From NCBI RefSeq assembly GCF_947568905.1, contig NC_079170.1, positions 1,860,001 through 1,924,000 on the forward strand: a stretch of 64,000 nt of DNA. The letters run 5' to 3'. Origin of the DNA: Ostrea edulis (taxonomy: Eukaryota). The stretch's first letter is position 1. The number at the start of each line of letters is the position of its first letter. The notes beneath the pieces were generated by a model. The model did not search any database. It saw only the letters and a list, made by a program, of their open reading frames with translations, and was not told the origin of the DNA. Of the stretch, positions 38,942 through 49,122 are shown in pieces. The translations under genes and the position numbers were made by a program.

Positions 38942-41518
38942 TTATCGCAAGGCAGCCGAAATATTTTTCCAAAAGCTGTTCATCGCTTGTACGTCTTCGT
39001 TCTCTGGCCATCTTATACTGAATATACACCACCAAATGTATCGCAAGGTTTTTGGCATTCTTTGTATGGGAATGTTGTCCTTGATAACCACTATGATGGA
39101 ACGTTTTCGGAGATTATGAAAGGCATGGGTCACTGCCATCTGGACGGCGTACGAATTCCAACCACTGTCTAGGAAATTTTCTGTAACGACAAACACTACA
39201 TTTCGACTTTCGTTAATACATTGCACCAGCTGCTCAGCTTTCCATACTCCAGGAATGAAGTCTTTCTCGGGAAAGCTGATTTGAAATCCTAAATTTGTCA
39301 GCTCTTCATACATTGTTGTGCTAACCAGCTCGTAGTCATCTTCAGAGTATGATATGAAAGCATCAAACTTGAAGGTATTACTGCCTTCCGAATTTATTAC
39401 ACCTTTCAACCTGTTACGCAGGCGTAAAATAACGTAATCAACATGCACACGGTATCTCTTTATAGCAATTGCTACCACCATTCCAATTGTTACAAAAAAC
39501 AACATCAAGGAAGAAGTTATCAACCACACCCCAGTTTGACATTTCATTTCGAAAACAACGAATTGTCTTACTTGAAGGAGCTCCGACAATTTCGAAGATT
39601 GTTCGATGCAATCGGTTTTGTTAAGATCACCAAAGAGATTCGAATTATTCTTCATCCAACGAAGCATAGAAATATGGCTACAGTCACAATCTAAAATGTT
39701 CCCTTTAATGAAAATTTTCGCATATTTTAGACTCTGGAGTACGTGAAAGTCAGATGTCTTCAATGACTTAATTTTGTTCTTTTGAATGTATAAATATGTT
39801 AGGTTTCGTAAATGTGCCACTGCAGCAGGTATTGATGAGAGATGATTTTTATTGAGGTAAAGGTACTTTAACATTGTTTGTTCTTTGAATAAAGTGGGCG
39901 GAAGATTATGAATGGAATTGTTCTCTATATCTAACAGTTCTAAATTCTTGAGACCGTCGAATAAAGTTACCACCCTTGCATCAGCTATAAAATTGACTTT
40001 CATATTTGACGCTCGAAGGATTTTTAATTTTGTTGACGTTTTCAAAATCGAAATATTGGTGCATTTATTATAGGAAATATTTAGGATCTCTAAAAGAGGG
40101 AAATCTATTTCTACAATCCTACTAAATGGGATATTTGAATTGGAGAGGTCCAGCTCTTTCAAAGCTTTGCCTACAATTTTCAACTGAAATTGATCACCAT
40201 CAGGTATATCAGGAAGGTAATTATGAGAAAATCGAACAACTTTCAACACCTTTGAAAAAGTGAACTTTATATATGGTTTTGAACTTAATTGCACTAGGGA
40301 TGAATTTTTAATTATATTACTAATATCCCTGAACTTATTCCTACTGAAATCGATATGATAAAGGTTGGGGTAATTCCTCAAGATGTCGATTACTACTGAC
40401 GGGTCCAGAGATGTAATTCTGTTAGATGAAATGTCCAAATATTCGATACATTTTCCAAAATTAGTTTCAAGTGGATTTACAGAAATACCCATAATTCGGT
40501 TTTTCCTTAGATCAATGTTCCTGACACAGATGCTGAGGAGATAGTCACAATTCTTCTTATTTAAAAACAAGGGTTGTCTAATAAGAACTGGAATATTTGA
40601 GGTTGCAGATATCTCTTCGATACTTCCATTTTGCAAACACTTTAACGTCTTTAGCACAGTATTCAAGTCGCAGAGACCACCAAAACACATCGCAATCCTT
40701 CTGAGGAAAGGAAATGAACACATTATATATTTACTTACGTCACATCGTACCTTGTGATGAAAGTCCATTGTCAGATTATAGATGGGAGATTCGGATAATC
40801 CACTAAACGTGTTATTGTATAAATGAAAAATGGACCCAGTGGTATAAAATTTCAACGTGCTCAATTTCTTTAAACGTTTGAAATTGTTTCCAAATCCAAA
40901 TCCTTCAAAGACGTCGATGTGTAGTTCTTGCAAAGACCATAGTCTTGATAATTCGCTCTCGGGGTAACTATAATTTGAGTAAAATTGATTGCCATGTATG
41001 TATAGAATTTTTAAATTACCAAGAGATGAGAATGCCCTCGTTCTCAGAGTATATGTCTTCAGGCTACAACACGAAAGGTCAAGGACACACAGCATTGGAA
41101 GACGCCGAAAAGAAAATTCATCTATAAATTGTAGTTTATTGTCTTTAAAGTACAATGCTGTGATATTCCTTAATATAGAGGTTTTGATGCTTGCAAAAGT
41201 TTCAGATGATATCAAGGTAAAGTTATTCCTTGAAAGGTCAATTGATATTGTTCTCCCTTTTAACATTGTATTGAAATCAGGAGGAATTCTTTGGTAGTTA
41301 AGCCGAGTACAATTCCATAACCAATCTTGGTTTCCGCATTCATTTTTCTGTTGTGTAACTCTACAATGTCTTTCCTTTGTGGTTGCTAATGCTGAAATCA
41401 TATTTTAAAACATTCATAAGACAATGTAATTCAGAGTATTCAGTTTCCCAAAAAGAAATATAAAAAACTCACTAGACATTTGAAGCATCAAAACGAAATA
41501 ACAATTATCCCACTTCAT
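38942..41518 (-). CDS. TLR: Toll-like receptor, copy 4; complement(join(38942..41391,41473..41518)), 831 aa
   Basis: Exon 1 MKWDNCYFVLMLQMS, donor GTGAGT at 41472, 81-bp intron, acceptor TTTCAG at 41393-41392; intact LRR-LRRCT-TM-TIR; most divergent ectodomain of the four. Confidence 0.93.
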
Positions 41519-41792
41519 TTTTGTAATCCAATGCTTATTGCAGTCTTTTCTGAAAATGAAATAGGTCTGATATGAACAACAAATTAACATTGTGGGTTTT
41601 TATTAAACTTTGTTTAAGGAAAATATTTTGACATTTTGAAAGATAAATATACAACAACGCGACCGTTGTCAACAAATAACATTAGGAAACAATAACGCCA
41701 ACATCAAATTAATGTACAGGGTATTTACATAGTACTTGCATATACACAATAAATATAAAATCAATGTAAATGGTATGTACATTTCCCCTAAT

Positions 41793-41925
41793 ATAGCACT
41801 TACAAGTTTATCACTTCGGATTTCAAACATTTCGATTGAGCATCACTGATAAGACATGTTTTGTCTTATCAGTGATGCTCAATCGAAATGTTTGAAGTCC
41901 GAAAAAATAAACTTGTAAGAGCTAT
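41793..41925. repeat. ~133-bp near-perfect inverted repeat built from the 5' half of a hammerhead element
   Basis: Arms 41793-41856 and 41862-41925, loop TGTTT; a handful of mismatches. Confidence 0.9.
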
Positions 41926-41950
41926 CACTGATAAGACATTCTTTTTCGAC

Positions 41951-42398
41951 TGACTACATCCTCACAATATGTAAAACAATAAATAATAATTTCTGGAAAG
42001 AAGTGTTTTCTAGTTGGATCAAAATTATTGAAACCCCTAACAAAGAACTAGATCTCTTTGAGCATATGTGGTATAACCCAAACATCAAAATAAACAATAG
42101 TTTCATCTTCTGGTACTATTAACAGATAACAATTGCTTTATATGAAATGATTGAGACTGATCAGTAGACCAGGCAAAATTCTTCCCCTTACTCTCCTTAT
42201 CGCCCTCTTTCTCCTTCCTTCTCCCCAACTTTTCGAAATTAACTACCTTTCACATTATACATATACATATGCACTCCTAAATATACACATATATGTTTGT
42301 ACTTGCTTGAAATGTGTATATACTATATTATCATGTATTGTTAATATGTAAATGTTTATTTATTGTGAAAGCAAGCAATAAATGAGTTACAAAAAAAA
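41951..42398 (+). mobile_element. 5'-truncated L1/Tx1-like LINE with poly(A) tail and ~16-bp TSD
   Basis: Translates to NNNFWKEVFSSWIKII...HMWYNPNIKINNSFIFW (ORF2 post-RT FW...W...WxNxxI pattern); AATAAA then A8 at 42391-42398; TSD GACATTCTTTTTCGAC (41935-41950) vs GACATTCTTTGTCAAC (42399-42414). Confidence 0.7.
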
Positions 42399-42969
42399 GA
42401 CATTCTTTGTCAACATGCGTATCTGGTGCATCAAAATTGGTACCGTATCTGTTTTACATAAACAGAAAAACAGCATATATACAATGTCATCAGCTTCTCT
42501 ATCAGTATCACTCAATCTTTTCCATGAGGGTCAGAGGTCTAGAAACAAAAACCCATCATACTAACAGCACAAGCCTTTCATCGACTTCAAGGGGAAGTAA
42601 GTGAATCAAGACAGAAGGCAGTGCGTTTGTATATGGGTAGAATTATAGCACATATGGTGTGTAAGATCTGACTCGTCCGCGTGGTAATAACGTTGATGGA
42701 ATGAAACATTCCCAATGTACAAATACGTAAACATAGACATGGGTATCGATCATACAAAAACTATTACACTGGATTTCAGATTTAAGTCACTTTAACCTCA
42801 CATCAACAGCTATTTAGCCCTGTATCACATTCATATGAATCTTTACAATGCACATACTGTATTTCAAACGTTTCTTTCATTTCACATTTGGTAATCCAAT
42901 TTGTATTCCAAGTTACCTTTCAAACACCGTTCAGTTTTAAACACAGATAGGGGTTTCTGCACATGTACT

Positions 42970-44950
42970 GGATTCTACAACATCATAACAAACATTAACA
43001 ACAGATACGGGATTCTACAACATCAAAACAACCACTAACAACAGAGATACGGGATTCTAAAACATCATAACAACCATTAACAACGTAGATACGGGATTCT
43101 AAAACATCATAACAACCATTAACAACAGCGATACGGGATTCTAAAACATCATAACAACCACTAACAACAGAGATACGGGATTCTAAAACATCATTACAAC
43201 CATTAGCAACAGAGATACGGGATTCTAAAACATCATAGCAACCATTAACAACAGATACGCGATTCTAAAACATCATAACAACCATTAACAACAGCGACAC
43301 GGATTCTAAAACATCATTACAACCATTAACAACAGAGATACGGGATTCTAAAACATCAAAACAACCACTAACAACAGATACGGGATTTCAAAACATCATT
43401 ACAACCATTAACAACAGCGACACGGGATTCTAAAACATCATTACAACCATTAACAACAGAGATACGGGATTCTAAAACATCAAAACAACCATTAACAACA
43501 GAGATACGGGATTCTAAAACATCATTACAACCATTAACAACAGAGATGGGGATTTTAAAACATCATAACAACCATTAAAAACAGATACAGGATTCTAAAA
43601 CATCATACCAACCATTAACAACAGATACGGGATTCAAACACATCATTACAACCATTAACAACAGAGATACGTGATTCTAAAACATCATAACAACCACTAA
43701 CAACAGAGATGCAGGATTCTAAAACATCATAACAACCATTAACAACAGATACGGGATTCTAAAACATCATAACAACCATTAACAACAGAGATACGGGATT
43801 CTAAAACATCATAACAACCATTAACAACAGAGATACGGGATTCTAAAACATCATAACAACCATTAACAACAGAGATACGGGATTCTAAAACATCATTACA
43901 ACCATTAACAACAGAGATACGGGATTCTAAAACATCATAACAACCACTAACAATAGACACGGGATTCTATAACATCATAACAACCATTAACAACAGATAC
44001 GGGGTTCTACAACATCATAACAATAATTAGCAACAGAGATGCGGGATTCTAAAACATCATTACAACCATTAACAACAGAGATACGGGATTCTAAAACATC
44101 ATAACAACCATTAACAACAGATACGCGATTCTAAAACATCATAACAACCATTAACAACAGCGACACGGGATTCTAAAACATCATTACAACCATTAACAAC
44201 AGAGATACGGGATTCTAAAACATCAAAACAACCATTAACAACAGATACGCGATTCTAAAACATCATAACAACCATTAACAACAGAGATTCGGGATTCTAA
44301 AACATCATAACAACCATTAACAACAGATACGGGATTTCAAAACATCATTACAACCATTAACAACAGCGACACGGGATTCTAAAACATCATTACAACCATT
44401 AACAACAGAGATACGGGATTCTAAAACATCAAAACAACCATTAACAACAGATACGGGATTCCAAAACATCATTACAACCATTAACAACAGCGACACGGGA
44501 TTCTAAAACATCATTACAACCATTAACAACAGAGATACGGGATTCTAAAACATCATTACAACCATTAACAACAGATACGGGATTCCAAAACATCATTACA
44601 ACCATTAACAACAGCGACACGGGATTCTAAAACATCATTACAACCATTAACAACAGAGATACGGGATTCTAAAACATCATTACAACCATTAACAACAGAG
44701 ACACGGGATTCTAAAACATCATTACAACCATTAACAACAGATACGGGATTCCAAAACATCATTACAACCATTAACAACAGCGACACGGGATTCCAAAACA
44801 TCATAACAACCATTAACAACAGCGACACGGGATTCCAAAACATCATTACAACCATTAACAACAGATACGGGATTCTAAAACATCAGAACAACCACTAACA
44901 ACAGAGATACGGGATTCTAAAACATCATAACAACCATTAACAACAAAGAG
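42970..44950. repeat. ~2-kb minisatellite of mixed 42- and 40-bp units
   Basis: Unit AACAACAG(AG)ATACGGGATTCTAAAACATCATAACAACCATT with point variants. Confidence 0.95.
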
Positions 44951-45039
44951 ACATTGCTGGATGCAGTAAATGTTTAAAGAAGGCGCTGTCGTTGCTCCTC
45001 GCCAAAAACAAATGAAAAAATGCTTTGAAAGAAAAACGT

Positions 45040-45942
45040 CAGACGCATTGCACCACAACATATTCCGGAAATTATGTAAATCAATTGTGGTTTCTAAAAA
45101 GAATTCTAAAAAACTTTTAGTAAAATTGAAAATCACAAATATTTCCTCAAATCAACAACGGATATGATGGCTTTCCAACACTTCACAGTACCCCATGACA
45201 AATTAAAGACTGTGTGCTTTGACATAATAAACAGCTGCTTCTTCATCAGCAAAAATGGAACAAAAAGATTTTGTTAACTTAACACCACTCTGATTCTACG
45301 CACGGGCACTCTTAAGTTCATATTGAAGATGATGGTGAAGTCTCTCATCAATAATATCTAAGTGGTCCCTGGTGATCAAATCTTCAAACAGTTTGTTGGA
45401 GTTCCCATGGACACAAATAGCGCTCCTCTATTAGCCGACATAATTTAACATTATTACGAGGCAGAATTTATTCAAAACCTTCTTCATGATAGAAGCATAC
45501 CTGCTGAGGCCTTCAACTCAACATTTAGTTATGTTGACGACGCATTATTTATTAACAACAATATTAATTTTCATTCGTATGTTGATTTAATATATCCAAG
45601 TGAACTCAAAATAAAAGAACCAAAATCCTCTATCTATATCTGTCTCATATTTGGATATGTTATTGAAAATGGATGTTAATTACGGTAAACTGACAACTCA
45701 ACTTTATTACAAATGCGATGACCTCAGCTTCTCCATCGTCAACTTCCCATATTTATGCAACAATATCTCATATATCAGCATATGGGGTTTATGTCTCTCA
45801 AATTATTATGTTCTGTGTATGCTCAATTTTTCATTCGAGGCCATCTACTAATATGTTAATTTTACAAGGGTTTCAATAGCCTCGTTTGAAGATAGCATTT
45901 TGCAAATTCTATGGTAGTTATAATGAACTTATTTGCAAATAT
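45040..45942 (+). mobile_element. Degraded PLE reverse transcriptase fragment
   Basis: Degenerate KNSKKLL, PHDKLKT, QFVGVPMDTNSAPLLAD, YVDD (~45530), SFSIVNFPYLCNNI motifs with frameshifts. Confidence 0.8.
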
Positions 45943-46230
45943 CATCATCATCATCAATCCCGCGACGGGTGACGCCGTTGGGGAAGCAAGAGGGATGAAG
46001 CAGCAGAGACCCTTCTCCACTCGTTTCTGTCTTGGGCCGTAGTGATGAGTACTGGCATGGGTAGTGTGGTCCACTCCTTCACATTATCTGTCCAACTTTT
46101 TCTTTGTCGGTCGCGACAGCGTCCACCCTCTACGGTGCCCTGTAGTACGGTCTTTGCGAGGCTGTCCTGTCGTGACGTACGACGTACGACGTGACCAAAC
46201 CAGGCCATCTTGCGTCTCTTGACCATCTGT
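45943..46230 (-). mobile_element. 5'-truncated RTE-clade LINE 3' end with (GAT)n tail
   Basis: VKRRKMAWFGHVVRR...LAKTVLQGTVEGGRCRDRQRKSWTDNVKEWT...AQDRNEWRR; tail GATGATGATGATGAT at ~45943-45957. Confidence 0.85.
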
Positions 46231-46551
46231 AGGAGTACTTGTGTGTAGAATCAGAATGATATTTAATAAAACAAATTTTCATTTACATTACCAGAGGGGT
46301 TTTAATCATTATTATCAAAAAGGAGAGATATAGCTGCAATCGTAATCTTAAATGTTTTATATCAAAATCGTGCTGTTAATTCAAGCTCTGTTTTCATGTA
46401 CAATCATAACAGAAAAACAAGTAAAGGTGTAAAAAGAAACACAGAATGATATTAGTGAGAGACATACCCGCATATTCACTAAAAATTCAAGATATTAAAG
46501 TATTATACGACAGCATTCTCCAAGGCAAAAAATTGTTACAAACCACAAATG

Positions 46552-46920
46552 AAAGGTGAAGATAACGTATAGTGATCAATCTCATAACTCCTATAATGTA
46601 AAACTTATACGGTACCAATTTTGATGCACCAGATGCGCATTTCGACAAACAATGTCTCTTCAGTGATGCTCAACCGAAATGTTTGAAATCCGAAATAACA
46701 ATAAGCAGTACAAAATAGATAGTTGGGAAAACATGGAACCCTGAACACACCAGAGGTGGGATTAGGTGCCTAGGGGGAGTAAGCATCCCATGTAGACCGG
46801 TCACGCCCGCCATCAGTCCTATATCCTGATCAGGTAAACGGAGTTATCCGTAGTCAAAATCAGTGTGCCAAGAACGGCCTAACAATCGGTATCAAACATG
46901 TCAGACAGCATATGATGCGA
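46552..46920 (-). mobile_element. PLE 3'-terminal fragment interrupted by a hammerhead-element insertion (~46597-46703)
   Basis: Host reads ...CTCATAACTCCTATAA [insert] ATAAGCAGTACAAAATAGATAGTTGGG. Confidence 0.8.
46626..46669 (-). ncRNA. Minimal type I hammerhead ribozyme, intact core
   Basis: Minus strand GCAUCA-CUGAAGA-GACA uuguu UGUC-GAAA-UGCGCA-UC/UGGUGC: stem I 6 bp, stem II 4 bp, palindromic stem III AUGCGCAU, AUC cleavage triplet (cut between 46632 and 46631). Confidence 0.85.
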
Positions 46921-46984
46921 TAAAATACAACTGGAATCTTTACTGGAAACAAAAGTAATACATAAAAAGGCCATTGAAACCTAG

Positions 46985-47460
46985 GGCTGAAAGAAGACCA
47001 AAACCCTAGGGTTGAAGAACCTTTCTTTAATGAATATTTTAACACTTTGGAGAACTTGAAAAGAATATGATTTTAATGCCTTAATCTTTCTAGTTTTAGT
47101 GTATAAATGTTTGTTTTGGTGGGTTTTTTTTCGTTTGGTTTCAATGCATACAAAACTGTTTGTACCTGTCGTTGTGTGGATGGTTCTCTGCAGTACAAGT
47201 GAACGATAGAATATTATCAATGAGGTAAAGAACACTCAGCCTTGTTTGGGTTTTTTAGCATGTGGGTGGAAGACGACGAATGAAATTCTTCTGTAGATCT
47301 AACAGTTCAAAAAGTTTTTTTCCAGTAATTTGTCTTATTGACCAACAATAAAATTGAATTTATAGTGCACGGTTTTCAATATTGTTGAAAGTTTGAAAAT
47401 GCAAAGTGAAATATTACTGCTAGCATTATAAGAAAGAGAACAATGCATTCGCCTAATCTT
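46985..47460 (-). pseudogene. Decayed fifth TLR relic (C-terminal LRRs only)
   Basis: Minus-strand ELLDLQKNFIRRLPPTC* and KIKALKSYSFQVLQSVKIFIK align with ELLDIENNSIHNLPPTL and KIKSLKTSDFHVLQSLKYAKIFIK of copies 3/4; stops and deletions; no TIR seen. Confidence 0.7.
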
Positions 47461-48110
47461 GTTAGGGTATTAAGCAATCAGGAAATATTCATGACCTATT
47501 ATTAATCTTTGAAGTTTTCAAATATGGGGATATCTTCCTTATTGCAAGACGTAATATTAATCGAATTGTACGATTTGTTTACACAGTTTGACAAGTTTCT
47601 CTACATTAGAATAATTTCCTTTTCGTGTGTATAAACATGAACTTCGTGTTTGCGTTTTCTATTTTAACTAAACATTCTGTCTGTTTAAAGTTTAATCAGT
47701 CAGTGTGATATTACAAAAGATAGGACAACTTATTACATGGCGATGACACATATACAACCCTCCCAAATAAATCTGATTTGGCTTATTATGCGTCCCTATT
47801 GGAAATCGTTCACCCAAGTAAGGGCATGCACCAGCTATGTAAATCCTTATCATGTTAATGCTCACACTCACAGCTGACTTCCACTGTTCAGGTCATAATA
47901 ACCGTGATTTTCTCTTTTGTTGCAGGGCGCTTGGTGAAGGAACAATATATGTATTAACAGTTCATGTTTAATGTTGAAAAGACAAGGTACATAATCAAAA
48001 TTGAAATATTACTAACGACAAAGACCGCTTAGGCCCAGATCCTAGTTCAAAATTTTGCAAACTCAGGACAAATCAATTCGAAATTAACCTTTTGTCAAAA
48101 CGTTGTATTT

Positions 48111-48449
48111 GTGTTTGTTCTTGTTTAGTAGATTTCCCATTCTGTGTGTCTTGTTCTTGTTTAGTAGATTTCCCATTCTGTGTGTCTTATTCTTGTTTAG
48201 TAGATTTCCCATTCTGTGTGTCTTATTCTTGTTTAGTAGATTTCCCATCATGTGTGTCTTGTTCTTGTTTAGTAGATTTCCCATTCTGTGTGTCTTATTC
48301 TTGTTTAGTAGATTTCCCATCATGTGTGTCTTATTCTTGTTTAGTAGATTTCCCATCATGTGTGTCTTGTTCTTGTTTAGTAGATTTCCCATCATGTGTG
48401 TCTTGTTCTTGTTTAGTAGATTTCCCATCATGTGTGTATTGTTCTTGTT
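48111..48449. repeat. 36-bp minisatellite, ~9 copies
   Basis: Unit TTCTTGTTTAGTAGATTTCCCAT(TC/CA)TGTGTGTCTT(A/G). Confidence 0.95.
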
Positions 48450-48921
48450 CCTCGGTGATCTACTTCTATATTGAAAGCTAGACATGTTTTGAAGTTACGA
48501 AGTTTTACAATTCAATTGCCCGTTTCTTTGACTTAATATTTCAATATATATAGATATAGGGCTCAGAGTGGTTGTGACCTGTCGACAAAGAATGTTTACT
48601 CATCCTATCAACCTGATCCCACCTCTGGTATACCCAGGGGTCCGTATTTGCTCAACTCTAATTTATATTCATGATTTGCGCTATGAGATTGATCACTGTT
48701 GGTTATATTCACCTTTCATATCCAATATCATTATATTAATTTTATTTCCTCAAGATGTTGTTACGATGAAAGGAAATCTCTAGATACCGATATGTATACA
48801 TGAGTCATATGCTTTGTTTGATTATCTTTATTTTAAATTACAAAATAGCAAATGTTCTAGACTGGCAAATATTTAATGTAAGCATTTTTTTCATCGTTTA
48901 CATCTATTGAAAAAGTAAATG

Positions 48922-49122
48922 AAAGGCGATGATAACGAACAGTGATCAATCTCATAACTCCTATAAGCAATACAAAATAAAGAGTTGGGCAAACACGGAC
49001 CCCTGGATATACCAGAGGTGGGATCAGGTGCCTAGGAGAAGTTAGTATCCCCTGTCGACCGGTCACACCCGACGAGAGTCCTATATCTTGATCAGGCAAA
49101 CGGGGTTATCCATAGTCAAATC
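48922..49122 (-). mobile_element. PLE 3'-terminal fragment (a second, + strand fragment at ~48560-48720)
   Basis: Family terminus AAAGGCGATGATAACGAACAGTGATC... Confidence 0.8.

Larger units (their letters stand above)
24600..39550. repeat. Two-unit tandem segmental duplication (~24600-32265 and ~32266-39550)
   Basis: Copy-2 ectodomain, intron and upstream DNA recur at 32270-36500; blocks 28670-29460 / 36430-37260 and 31260-31655 / 38200-38942 match; the TIRs of copies 3 and 4 are nearly identical. Each unit has independent later insertions. Confidence 0.85.

Noticed and set aside
7824-41401. Plus-strand ORFs antisense to the TLR genes, recurring in several copies
   Set aside because: Recurrence is explained by paralogy of the sense CDS; lengths and starts differ between copies and many use non-ATG starts.
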